The translations under genes were made by a program, and so were the position numbers. Below, piece after piece: positions 45,095-59,479 of a stretch of 64,000 bases of DNA; positions within the stretch are counted from its first letter, which is position 1, and the number at the start of each line of letters is the position of its first letter. Source of the DNA: Eledone cirrhosa (taxonomy: Eukaryota); the NCBI GenBank assembly GCA_964016885.1, contig OZ024762.1, positions 17,794,001 to 17,858,000 on the forward strand, read 5' to 3'. The notes below the pieces were generated by a model. That model worked only from the letters and a program-made list of their open reading frames with translations, was not told the DNA's origin and made no database searches.

Positions 45095-45139
<45 letters not shown>

Positions 45140-45341
45140 AAATATATATATATATACATATATTATATATATATATATACATATATATATTATATATATA
45201 TATTATATATATATTATATATATATATATTATATAGATATGATATATATATATTATATATATATATTATATATATATACGTGTGTGTGTGTGCGAGTATA
45301 TGTGTGTGTATGTGTGTGTGTATATATATATATATACACAC

Positions 45342-45416
<75 letters not shown>

Positions 45417-45673
45417 ATGACTAACAGTTTCTTATTGTTTCATTTTGAGAAAGGTTTTTATCCGGTATTACTCATATCTAGGGGTGATTTGATACAAGGA
45501 TACACATATATACACACGTGTAAACACACACACACACACACATACACACATATATATATGCCTGTATATATGTGTGTGTATATCTTGGTCAGCATGTTTC
45601 TATGCACACACACACATAATCACACACACACACACACACACACAAATATGTATATATATATATATGCCTGTAT

Positions 45674-45718
<45 letters not shown>

Positions 45719-45935
45719 TGTATATATGTATGTATATATATTGGTCAGCATGTTTCTATGCACACACACACATAATCACACACACACACACAAATATATA
45801 TATATATATATGCCTGTTTATACATATATATATATATATATATATATGCCTGTATATATGTATGTATATATATTGGTCTGCATGTTCCTATGTACACACA
45901 CACACACACACACGCACAAACACACACACACACAT

Positions 45936-45997
<62 letters not shown>

Positions 45998-46218
45998 TGT
46001 TATTGGAAGAAGGGTATTTAAGATAAATATAATATACCATAATACACGATAATATCATGATTAAAGTTTACGTGTGAGGAAAATGATTTTAATTTATAAA
46101 AGTTCAAAACCTTCGCAATAAGCTGATATTAAATTTGACATTTATTGCATGATATGGAACAGACATAGCTGACGGAAAGTGGCTGGTCGTACACATAAGG
46201 AAAGCATCTATATTATTA

Positions 46219-46259
<41 letters not shown>

Positions 46260-46337
46260 CGCAGATTACCACATACACACAGCCATATTTATATATATAT
46301 ATATATACATATATGTGTGTGTATGTATATATATATG

Positions 46338-46430
<93 letters not shown>

Positions 46431-46486
46431 GTGTGTATATATGTGTGTGTGTGTATTTATATATATATGTGTGCATAGATATATAT

Positions 46487-46563
<77 letters not shown>

Positions 46564-46599
46564 CATATATATATGTATGTATATATACACACACATGTC

Positions 46600-47000
46600 C
46601 ACATATGCTCATATACTGAGGACGCCACCCACACAAATACAATGTCAAAATCTCTTTTTCTGGTATTTTGAAACACCTCGGAGCACAGAGAAGGTAATAT
46701 ATAACTAAATATCACTTCAATGATGACACAACAGCAGTTAACCGCAAAGCCATTCGAAGAGAGGGCTAGATCTACGTACAACTAGCCCTCCCCGGCCCTT
46801 CACATTGCGTATGTATGTGTAATCATCGCGTATGGGTGTGATGTCTTTGAGAAAAAGCTAGTGGAGTATGCTGTTTTGAAGCGTTCACTCCGTAAGTGGG
46901 AAACAAGTGAAGTGTCAGCAAAAATCCAGCAGGAATTACAATGCAATGTATGTGGCCGACTTCTTCTAAGATGAGCCAGGGAGAAGTCGAACCCCTTGAT
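46600..47000 (+). mobile_element. Degraded RTE-type LINE 3' region
   Basis: AHILRTP...LF...GAQ.../GCDVFEKKLVEYAVLKRSLRK...LQCNVCGR resembles an RTE C-terminus. Confidence 0.55.
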
Positions 47001-48039
47001 TGGGTGATATACACATCTTCTGGTGAATATTTTATATTCGTACACGTTGGTGATATACTTGTCTTATATCTGGAAATAGATTTCTAGAAAAATATCACGT
47101 GATCCACATAACAGGTGTGCGATGTGTACGAACACGAAAGAGCCGAACACCCATTTGTCATTGACTCCATCTCTCTCGCCCCCCCACCCCTCCCCCATCT
47201 CTCTGTATTGTGAGCAAATAGGGTCCCACGTGTTGGCCGCCCCACAGCCCCGGCGGACAGAATGGAAAAGGTGGAGGATGGTAAGGGTGATACGCGATGT
47301 GTGAGATGGTTCTATCGCCAGGCACTGCACGGTACGGTACATTTGAGTGTGGCTTAATTTACAAGCCAGCTTGTGGACCGACCAGACATGGTAGAATGCA
47401 TGAAAATACACCCCCAGCTAGTATTGCCAGGTGAGACAGGCAGTTCAAGTGTCACATCTGTGAACGTACCTGCAAAATAAAAGTGGGTCTGAACAGTCAT
47501 TTACGTGTATATGATCATGCAATGTTCAATGAAGGGATGGCACTCTCCACACAAGAAGTAGCAATCAGCATATATATATAAATATTTGCTCTACGGTTCT
47601 TATATATCTGATATATATTTATCCTTATCGAGCCCTCTTTGGATTTTAGTCTTTAAATTTATTATTATCACTATATATATTCTCTCTCGTCTACGATTTC
47701 ACAGAACTTACGTTCACCGAATTCACAGACTAGATCCCTTCTTCCTCCCGTTAGACCTGTACGGAATTCCTTCCTTGCTCACATTCCAACCAGGTTTGAT
47801 GGTCTTTATTCTCTCTCGTTCACGATTTCACCGAATTTAAATTCATAGAAATTTGGGACTTGACTCCTTCTTCCTCACTTTTCGTTGCTTCACCATCTTT
47901 GTTTGTTTACACTGGTGTCCCCTTTATTTACGTGTCCCAACGACTTTTTTTAGCCGTTGCTCGCACCAACCGGAGGTATATGGTCTTTAAAGCGATGAAA
48001 TACCAATGATTGTTGGAAGATCACTGATGAAGGACTAAC

Positions 48040-48137
<98 letters not shown>

Positions 48138-48175
48138 AGGCTGTTTGCATAATTACAAACGAATCGAATATTATT

Positions 48176-48356
48176 GGATTGGCAGTATCGGTAGAGGGTC
48201 GGACGCCATGCTTTCCAGCATAGTTACGTCCCTTTACGATCTGAGTTCAAATCACGCCGAGGTTGACTTTGCCTTTCATCCTTACGGGGTCGATAAAATA
48301 AAGTACCAGTAATGCACTGGGTAATTGCTGCCCTTGTGCCTAAAGTAGAAACAATT
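48176..48356 (+). mobile_element. SINE family 1, near full length
   Basis: A box tggcagtatcggta, B box and tail are intact. Confidence 0.9.
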
Positions 48357-49539
48357 ATTAATATTTGAAAAACTCAGATTACATTTATTGTATTCACCCA
48401 TTTAGAGCGATAATTAGTTGTTAGTTGTTTGAATGTGACAAAGCCGGTCATTAATCCCTCGTATACATGAAACTGACTGATCTACCTGTTGATATGCAAA
48501 TCTGGCTGATCAGTGGGTCTTCTAATATGTAGATCTGACTGATCAGCCAGTCTGCTAATATGCAAATTAGGCCGACCAGTCACTGTATATTTCTGAAAAT
48601 ATATTTTTTCACTAGCTCTGACAGTTGGCAGGTGATCAGTAAACTGCACTAATGAAGGGTAATCGCCCAGAAACATTACTGTCTGCGGTTCTGTATACAT
48701 GCCAGCACAAGAGCCAGGATTAGGGGTTTATTCTACTGACATGGCTTATAAAAGACGTTGTTTACATAATTGCAAACGAATCGATTACTATTAATATTCG
48801 AAAAACTCATTATATCTATATTCTTTTACTCTTTGACCTGTTCCATCCTTCCGGCTGAGCCCATGCTGGGGCACCGCCCTATATATATGTATACAGAGAG
48901 AGAGAGAGAGAGAGGAAGAGAGAGAGAGAGAGAGAGGGGGGAGCATAGTATATATGTTCAATCTTTAACATACAGATGTTAAAGACGAAATAAATGGTAA
49001 GAAAATACCAACACACCACCACAAAAACAACTACCACCACCCCCACCCACACCACACGTACACCCCCACCTCACCACCACCTCACCACCACTACTATAAC
49101 CACCACTACCACCACCACCACCACCATCACCACCACCACAACTATCACCATCACCATCACCACTATCACAACCACCATCACACCACCAACACCACTATAA
49201 CCATCACAAACACCACTATAACCATCACAAACACCACTATAACCATCACAAACACCACTATAACCATCATCATCATCATCATCACCGCTGCCACCGCCAC
49301 CACCACCATCACAACTATCACCACCACCACCACTATAACCACCGCCGCCACCACCACCACCACCACCACCACCACCACCATCATCATCATCACCGCCACC
49401 ACCACCACCATAATACAATCTACTAAAGAAAACATTGACAATAGTGACACAGGAATCTTTTTGGGGTTTGAAAAGATATTTTCGACTTTTTCTTCCCATT
49501 TTTTTTTTCGGAGGGAGGGGGAGGGGGGATTTTGCCTGT

Positions 49540-49617
<78 letters not shown>

Positions 49618-50282
49618 CTGCTGTTATTGTTGTTGCTGTTGCAGTTATTGTTGCTGCTGCTGCTGTTGTTGTTGTTATCGTTGCTGTTGTTGCAGTTATT
49701 GTTGCTGCTGTTGTTGTTGTTGTTGTTGTTGATTGAAGATTGGAATGAGGAGGGGAGGGAGGGACTATCATTCAACAGGCGAGAGACGTTGAATAACAGT
49801 CGAAAGAATGTCTCCCATAGCAACATCTGCCTCTTCCCCTCCTACCCTCTCTCCGCTCTTCTTTCCTCCCACCACCACCCTGCTTTCCTTCCCTACCCTC
49901 CAACCACCCTTTTCCCCCCTTCCTACTCCTCTACAGTCCCACCATCAACTTTGTACCCCTTCCTCCTCCCCTGCCCTCTTACCACCACCCTTGTTCTCCT
50001 TCCTCCTTCCCATCCCTCCCACCACCACCTTGTTGCCCTTCATCCTTCCCTCTCCTCCCACCACCACCTAGTTCCCCTTCCTTCTCCCCTGCGCTCCCGC
50101 CACCACCCCTGTTCCCCTCCCTTCTCCCCTAGCCTCCAACCACCACCCTAGTTCCCCTTCCTCCTCGCCTAGCCTCCCACCACTACCCCTGTTCCCCTCC
50201 CTTCTCCCCTACCCTCCAACCGCCACCCTACTTCCCCTTCCTCCTCTTCACCTTCCTCATCCTACTCCCCTAATACCACAAA

Positions 50283-51467
50283 TGTTTCCCCAGCAATTTG
50301 GAGCGAAGAGGAAAGTCGATTAAAGCGTCTCCAGTACATTACTGGTACTTTATTTTATTGACCCCGTAAAGATGAAAGGCAAAGCTAAGCCCGACAGGAT
50401 TTGAAATCGTCAGACAGTATGCTTTGTGGCTTAGAGTTACGGCCTTTTACGTTCTGAGTTCAAATCCCACCGAGGTTAACTTTGCTTTTCACCCTTACGG
50501 GGTCGATAAAATAAAGTACCAGTCACGCACTGGGGTCAATTTCATCGACTTTTCCCTCCCCCCCCAAATTGCTGGCCTTGTGCCTAAATAAGAAACCCTT
50601 CCTTCTCCCCTGCGCTCCCGCTACCACACCTGTACCCCTCCCATCTCCCCTACCAAATTGCTGGCCTTGTGTCTAAATAAGAAACCCTTATTATTAGAAC
50701 AGTGGGCTGGCAGAATCCGTAGAGCGTCAGATAACATGCTTTTGCAGCATAGAGTTATTTCCCTTTACAATCTGAGTTCAAATCCCGCCGAGGTTAACCT
50801 TGCCTTTCATGCTTATGGGCTCGATAAAATAAAGTACCAGTAATGCATTGGCATAATTGATGGTCTTGTGCCAAAAGTAGAAATAATAATTGTTTCTACT
50901 TTTGGCACAAGGCCAGCAATTACCCAGTGTATTACTGGTACTTTATTTTATCGACCTCGCAAGGATAAGGCAAAGTCAACCTCGGCGGGATTTGAACTCA
51001 GATCGTAAAGGGACGTAACTATGCTGGAAAGCATGGCGTCCGACCCTCCACCGATACTGCCAATCCACCGCCCTTATAGAAATAATAATAATAATTGTTT
51101 CTACTTTAGGCACAAGGCCAGCAATTACCCAGTGCATTACTGGTACTTTATTTTATCGATCCCCGTAAGGATGAAAGGCAAAGTCAACCTCGGCGGATTT
51201 GAACTCAGATCGTAAAGGGACGTAACTATGCTGGAAAGCATGGCGTCCGACCCTCTACCGATACTGCCAATCCACCGTGTATAATTGTTTCTACTTTAGG
51301 CACAAGGCCAGCAATTACCCAGTGCATTACTGGTACTTTATTTTATCGATCCCCGTAAGGATGAAAGGCAAAGTCAACCTCGGCGGATTTGAACTCAGAT
51401 CGTAAAGGGACGTAACTATGCTGGAAAGCATGGCGTCCGACCCTGTACCGATACTGCCAATCCACCA
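50283..51467. mobile_element. Dense SINE family 1 cluster (two plus copies, four minus copies)
   Basis: Minus at 50283-50405, plus at 50415-50597 and 50702-50883, minus at 50888-51073, 51093-51277 and 51283-51467. Confidence 0.9.
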
Positions 51468-51742
51468 ATAATAATTGTTGGCCTTGTGACTAAATCAGAA
51501 AGCATTGTTATCGTTCTATTTTATGATAAAAATGTCTGAGACTGAGAGACAAAGAAGCGAAGGGACGGGCAGAAAACATGAAATAAAATGAGAAGAAATA
51601 ATATGACGATTATTTCATTGTTCGGAAGGAAAAAATATGACGTTGATGGGTAATAAGAAACGTTGAGTCACTTTTGTTAACACATGTTATATATTCTCTC
51701 CGACTACATATTTGGGTAGCAATGACTATATATGTATATATA

Positions 51743-51804
<62 letters not shown>

Positions 51805-52030
51805 TGTATATATATGTATGTATATATGTATGTATATATGTATGTATATATATGTATATATATATATGTATATATATGTGTATATATATGTATATATATA
51901 TGTATATATGTATATATATATATATATGTATATATATGTATATATATATGTGTATATATATAGATGTATATATATGTGTATATCTATGTATATATATATA
52001 TATGTATAGATATATGTATGTATATATATC

Positions 52031-52093
<63 letters not shown>

Positions 52094-52110
52094 GTATATA
52101 TATATATATG

Positions 52111-52155
<45 letters not shown>

Positions 52156-52176
52156 GTATATATGAATATATATATG

Positions 52177-52207
<31 letters not shown>

Positions 52208-52299
52208 GTATATATATCCACCTACCCCCCACTCTCCTGAGCGTGAATCTAATAAACATTTGTCGTACTGCCTCTCTGTTCTGTCCCTGTTCAATTTTT

Positions 52300-52355
<56 letters not shown>

Positions 52356-52374
52356 GTATATATGAATATATATG

Positions 52375-52409
<35 letters not shown>

Positions 52410-52520
52410 GAAGAAGGACTTCTGTCCGAAACGTTAAAACCTCTTCCACTTCCACCAAGCGTGAAACTAATATAACTGTGTTCAATTGCCTCCTGCGTTT
52501 TGTTTGTTTCATTTATTAAC

Positions 52521-52567
<47 letters not shown>

Positions 52568-53132
52568 CGGGGTGAGTTGTGTGTATGTATGTGTAGGTAT
52601 CGTATACGCGTGTGGGTGTGTGTGTATGCGTGTGTGTGCGCGTGTGTATGTGTGTGCGTGTGTATGCGAGTGTGTGTGTGTGTATGTGTGTGTGTGTGTG
52701 TGTGTGTCGGGGTGAGTTGTGTGTATGTATGTGTAGGTATCGTATACGTGTGTGGGTGTATGTGTGTGCGTGTGTGGTTGTATGTGTGTACGTGTGTGCG
52801 TGTGTGCGTATGCGTATGCGAGTGTGTCTGTGTATGCGAGTGTGTGTGTGTATGCGAGTGTGTGTGTGTGTATGCGCGCGCGTGTGTGTGTATGTGTGTA
52901 TGTGTGCGTATGCGTGTGTGTATGCGAGTGTGGGTGTGTGTGTATGTGTGTGTGTGTGCGTGTGCGTGTGTGTGTTTGCGTGCGTGTGCGTGTGTGTATG
53001 CGAGTGTGTGTATGTGTGTGTGCGTGTGCGTGTGTGTATGCGCGTGCGCGTGTGTGTATGCGAGTGTGTGTGTGTGTGTATGCGCGCGCGCGTGTGTGTG
53101 TGTGTGCGTGTGTATGCGCGCGTGTGTGTGTG

Positions 53133-53163
<31 letters not shown>

Positions 53164-53417
53164 TGTAAATGTCACTAGGTTTCAGAAAGTATTCACAATA
53201 CTGCCTGCTACAATTCTCTTCAATTGTGGCACTTCTCATGCCTTACAAATGGAATAACCAAACGAAACACAAAGGGTTTATATTTGTGTGGGTATACGTG
53301 TGTGTGTGTGTGTGTGTGTGTGTTTTTATATATATATATATATACACACACACACATATATATACACATAGACACACAATCATATGTATATATATACAGA
53401 TATATATATACATATGG

Positions 53418-53460
<43 letters not shown>

Positions 53461-53505
53461 GTTATACACACACATATATATACATATAGACACACACACA
53501 CACAG

Positions 53506-53556
<51 letters not shown>

Positions 53557-53702
53557 CACACATATATATACATGTAGACACCCAGTCATATATATATATA
53601 TATTGTGTGCATGTTCAGACAAATAAATATATTATAAATTACATAAAATTTTTCTATATTATATAATATTTAATATACACATGTTAATATATATATATAT
53701 AT

Positions 53703-53780
<78 letters not shown>

Positions 53781-53837
53781 AAAAGGTAAATATATATGTA
53801 TATATATATGTATATATATATATGTAAAAGGTAAATA

Positions 53838-53882
<45 letters not shown>

Positions 53883-53895
53883 GTATGTATTTATG

Positions 53896-53929
<34 letters not shown>

Positions 53930-54262
53930 ATATATATATATGTGTATGTATATATGTAGAGAGGGGGAGAGAGTAGTGCGGCTGAATGTTAAGTAGATAT
54001 ACATATACTTACATACATATATACATACATACATATATACACACATACATATACACATACATATATATATATACAGACACACATACCTCACATACATAAA
54101 TATATGCATACATACACACACACACACATACATACACACATACACACTTGTGTAGACATTTGCGATCAAAAGTAAACGCTGAACATATTTCGCCGCCATG
54201 TTGTAAAAAAAAATGGTCACAAACTATTCACAGATGGTTGCTAACCCACTTAACACGAAACA

Positions 54263-55010
54263 CAACAGCAACAACAACAACAATAACGACAACAACTACT
54301 ACAACAGCAGCAACAACAACGATAACAACAACAACAACAACAATAACGAAATCATAACAACAACAACAGCAACAACAACCACAACTACAACAGCAACAAC
54401 AACCACAGCAACAACAACAACAACAACCACCACAACTACAACAGCAGCAACAACAACAATAACGACAACCATAACAACAACAACTACACCAACAATAAAA
54501 ATAAAAACAACCACGACTACAACAATCACAATAACAGTGACAATAACAACAACAACAACAACAACAGCAGCAGCAATGACAACAACAACCACAGCGACAA
54601 TAGCAGCAACGACAACAACAATAACAACAACAAGAGCCACGAAAACCCCATTATATCAATATCAGCAACAACAACAACCACAACAACAATAACAACAGCA
54701 TCAACAACCACAACAACAACCATTACAGCAGCAACAATAACATCAACAGCCACAGCAACAATAACAACAGCATCAACAACAACAACAACAACCACAACAA
54801 CAATAACAACCACAACAACAACCATTACAGCAGCAACAATAACATCAACATCAACAGCAACAATAACAACCACAACAACAACTATTACAGCAGCAACAAT
54901 AACATCAACAACAACAGCAACAATAACAACCACAACAACAACCATTACAGCAGCAACATCAACATCAACAGCAACAATAACAACAGCATCAACAGCAACA
55001 ACAGCAACGA
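54263..55010 (+). repeat. (CAA)n-derived tract with higher-order units of about 60 bp
   Basis: accattacagcagcaacaataacatcaac recurs. Confidence 0.9.
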
Positions 55011-55210
55011 CGACTTTAAAAGACACAACATTCATCACCTACCCGTTTCTCTTTCTAACCCCCCCCCCCCTCTCTATACACATACACACACATACCACAC
55101 ACACACAAAATGGCTGACTGAAAACGAACGACATTTTTTTCACTCATTTTACTTTCTATTCCTTCTTCTCACTCTCTGTCTTTCTATTTCATCTTTTATT
55201 TCTCATTCTA

Positions 55211-55246
55211 TCTTCTGATGAAGGACTAGTGCCCGAAACGTTAAGA
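55211..55246 (+). ncRNA. Minimal hammerhead ribozyme, family D
   Basis: tctt-CTGATGA (55215)-a-ggactagtgccc-GAAA (55235)-cgtt-aaga with palindromic aacgtt stem III. Variant at 52408-52440. Confidence 0.7.
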
Positions 55247-55325
55247 CTATTTTCCTATTATTTGAAGCGTTAAACTAATACATTTCTTTATTGTACTGCG
55301 TGTACATATATATATATATATATGT

Positions 55326-55359
<34 letters not shown>

Positions 55360-55373
55360 TTATATATATATGT

Positions 55374-55422
<49 letters not shown>

Positions 55423-55427
55423 CACAT

Positions 55428-55484
<57 letters not shown>

Positions 55485-55592
55485 GTTCAAGGAGACAACA
55501 ACCAAAGGTACAAAAGTATTATTAGTTTCACGCTTTATATTGGAAAGAGGAAAGAAACTTCGACGTGTCGGGCTTAAGCCCTTCTTCAGGAG

Positions 55593-55664
<72 letters not shown>

Positions 55665-55714
55665 ACATACATATACACACACGTGTACATATGTATATAC
55701 ATATTCACACATTT

Positions 55715-56632
55715 TTGGATGACCGTTGACTCTTATGAGTTCTTCCGCCCTTTGTCAGGTTTTGCTTTTTGTCCTGCAGGGTGTCCAAAATCACCCTCCT
55801 CACCAAGTAAACTTGGTGGGGCTGCCGGTTTAGTCGCTGACGACCTGACCATGTGACAGGTTGTACTGGAATACATGTTACCAGCAGCACTCAAAAATGT
55901 ACTCGAAATTAAGAGAACGAGAAACATACATACAAACATGGTGGCTGCCAACTCGTTTTCGAGTACGGCCACTACTTTATATCCATGTTGAACCCCTACC
56001 GATGCGCTGAACGAGTGTGACTTTTTAGTCCAGCCAGCGACTTGAAAACTCTGGTACAAACACTACACTTGTAACAATTATTGACACATTGTGCTGGGCC
56101 CATGGTACCATGTGACGACAAGTGCAGAGAGATCTCTAGATATAAAGCAATGCCTGTGCTGTGAAGCTTTTATAGTGAGCAAAGGCACTGCACAAAGCCA
56201 GTCCCACTCTCTTAACCAAGATGATATTTACCAAAAAGAAGAACAATTCAACATCATTGGATACCATCAGGGTTGCAGGTGTTATATCAGAGTTTTCCTT
56301 CTCCTAGAATTCTGCCTTGACAAAGGCTAAGGGGTCATCTCTCCATACATACATACATACATACATACATACATACATACATACATACATACATACATAC
56401 ATGGTGGCTGCCAACTCGTTTTCTAGTACGGCCACTACTTTATATCCATGTAGGAGAACCCCTACTGATGCGCTGAACGAGTGTGACTTTTTAGTCCAGC
56501 CAGCGACTTGAAAACTCTGGTACAAACACTACACTTGTGACAATTATTGACACATAGTGCTGGGCCCATGGTACCATGTGACGACAAGTGCAGAGAGATC
56601 TCCAGATATAAAGCAATGCCTGTGCCGTGAAG
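55715..56632. mobile_element. Dong-like 3' UTR (+) abutting two RTE zinc-finger 3' fragments (-), joined by (CATA)n
   Basis: tcaaaaatgtactcgaaattaaga matches the 3' end of the 27885-28274 element. 55938-56285 and 56400-56632 match 23644-23993. Confidence 0.7.
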
Positions 56633-56725
56633 CATACATACATACATACATACATACATACATACATACATACATACATACATACATACAACGCACTTAA
56701 ATGGTTTAATGCTGTTTGATATAAG

Positions 56726-56845
56726 CACAGGGCAATGTCTCCGCCCTTCATAACCCCACAGGGCAATGTTTCCGCCCTTCGTAACAACCACAGGGCCATG
56801 TATCCGCCCTTCGTAACCCCACAGGGCCCATGTCTCCACCCTTCT
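56726..56845 (+). repeat. Tandem repeat of about 31-33 bp, 4 copies
   Basis: cacagggcaatgtctccgcccttcataaccc variants. Confidence 0.85.
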
Positions 56846-57151
56846 TAACCACACAGCCGTGGTTGTGCCATTCGTAAGCACACATACAGTCTTTTCGTCC
56901 TTGATGTCTCGTTATCAGCCATATTGCTGTGAGCCAGATAACTCTCTATGATAAACTGATGTGTGATGGGAGGGGAAGAAGATATAGTGTGTATATATAG
57001 TATATGTAAGTGTGTGTGTTTGTGAATGGCTAGGTCTATGTGTGTGAGGGTGTGAGCATGAGATGTGCTGCTTCGGGGAAGGTTTTTTTTCTGTAAATAG
57101 GTCTGTGAGAAATGAATGCATTGCTTTCGGAATTTATATGACTGCTGCACT

Positions 57152-57199
<48 letters not shown>

Positions 57200-57350
57200 A
57201 TATATATATATATTTATATAATATATTTATATTATATATATATAATATAAATATATTATATAAATATATATATATATATAAAATATATATATATATTTAT
57301 ATATATATTTCGTTTCTGAATTTATTGGCAACATGACCCTCCCAAAGTAT

Positions 57351-57413
<63 letters not shown>

Positions 57414-57526
57414 TTATATATAAATATATATATATATATATATTTTATATATAAATATATATATATATATTTATATAATATATTTATATAATATATATAT
57501 AATATATATATTATATATATATTGTA

Positions 57527-57593
<67 letters not shown>

Positions 57594-57630
57594 TATATAC
57601 CTATATTATATATTATATATATGTGTGTGG

Positions 57631-57662
<32 letters not shown>

Positions 57663-57830
57663 ATATATATATATAAGAAAATGAGGTTTTTTTAAAAACA
57701 AAACAAAATGTCCTACACGAGTAAAAGTATAAGGAAAAAAATCGAAAATGCAACTGGAGTCTTTCAAGAATATTTATTTATTTACTTTACCGGTTTCACA
57801 GTTTTTCAAAAGTAGAATTGGCTTCTTTTC

Positions 57831-57874
<44 letters not shown>

Positions 57875-58085
57875 CCAAAAGTTAAACAAGATTCATTGAT
57901 TAATCAATGAATATAGTTTTACCATAGTTTAGAAGCACTCAACAGCTAATTTATGGAGTTATTAATATTAATTCAAATATTAATAAATATAGACATTCAT
58001 GTAATCAAATATATTTTATTATATATATTTGATTATATGAATGTCTATATTTATTAATATTTTAAATTAATATATATATATATAT

Positions 58086-58657
58086 ATATTGTTATACTTT
58101 GGGAGGGTGATGTTGCCAATAAGAAACACACGCACCAGTTGCTTTCACTTCAATTTATTATAATAAATTTATAAATTTCTGGTTGGTTGGTTGGTTCCAC
58201 AACCAGATAGTTGTTTATATATAGTCATAGTTCTTTCGTCAGACACTCTGTGACCTCTTCAGTGACTGGGGATTCCTTTCTTTGTTTCTGTGCCTCTCCT
58301 TTGTTCTGTCCTACGCCATTTTGTTTCTGTGTGTGTGTTGTGTGCTCAGTCTGCGCATGCGCCACATCATCAGCACACAACACACAACACACACACAGAA
58401 ACAAAATGGCGTAGGACAGAACAAAGGAGAGGCACAGAAACAAAGAAAGGAATCCCAGTCACTGAAGAGGTCACAGAGTGTGTGACGAAAGAACGATGAC
58501 TATATATAAACAACTATCTGGTTGTGGAACCAACCAACCAACCAAAAATTTATAAATTTATAAATTTATTATAAATTTATTATAATAAATTGAAGTGAAA
58601 GCAACTGGTGCGTGTGTTTCTTATTGGCAACATGACCCTCCCAAAGTATAACAATAT
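58086..58657. mobile_element. Large family C foldback (arms of about 260 bp) with a hammerhead in each arm
   Basis: Arms at about 58086-58347 and 58371-58657. CTGAAGA (58462)...GAAA (58487) on plus, mirrored at about 58225-58267. Confidence 0.85.
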
Positions 58658-58925
58658 CGGTTTCAACACACGATTTCAGATAAAGAATCTTGCTAAACAA
58701 ATTCAGAAACGAAATATATATATATATATATATATAACGAAGGAGGTGTGGTAAGGAACCAGATGAACCATAACGCACCAGAGTACTCAATACTTAGGGT
58801 AGCAGAGTGGGTAATAGGAAAATGTTTAACCCCGACGGCAGAGTTCAACCCGTTTCGGCGGCTATTTCTGGCCCAGAAATAGCTGGAGAAACGGCTTTAG
58901 CTCTGCCATCGGGGTTAAACATTTT

Positions 58926-58959
<34 letters not shown>

Positions 58960-59006
58960 GATTTCTCCCGAATGAAACAGTTCTAGTCCTGTAGAAGCCA
59001 TTTCTG

Positions 59007-59093
<87 letters not shown>

Positions 59094-59479
59094 CATATAT
59101 ACTTACACACACGCACTCACTCACACACACATTCATATATTTGCTACGCAGTCATCACTATGCAAATGTTTATATTATTAGTCGATCAGTATAAATAATA
59201 GTTGTAATTAAAATACCCCTGGAGACGAGAGAGAGACAGGGGGGGAGAGAGAGAGAGAGAAAGAGGAAGGGGGATAAAGAGGGGGGGCTGAGGGGGGAGA
59301 GAGGGAGAGAGAGTAGCGAATTCCTTATAACTGAACTGATATGGGGACGGGGCTTCGTATATCTGACGAAACCTTCATTCTACACCACGAAAAAGTTCCT
59401 TTCCCAGGGACAGGCCTATGCAAGGTCTTTATTTTTGAGGAAGACCACACATGGGGCCAGGATTTCAGGTCAGTCTCAT

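Noticed and set aside
47355-47470. Possible terminal exon on the minus strand after cttttattttgcag
   Set aside because: The short peptide is unrecognisable and the adjacent sequence resembles a decayed CRE element. Unsupported without transcript data
48018-48045. CTGATGAaggac motif (also on minus at 11180-11200 and 34191-34209)
   Set aside because: No downstream GAAA or stem III, so it is not counted as a hammerhead
54213-55038. Mucin-like Thr-rich and Val-rich ORFs
   Set aside because: Artefact of (CAA)n, as at 49071-50151 and 36251-36571
56462-56560. C2H2 zinc-finger gene fragment
   Set aside because: A single finger in three dispersed copies with a microsatellite tail fits an RTE LINE C-terminus, not a host zinc-finger gene
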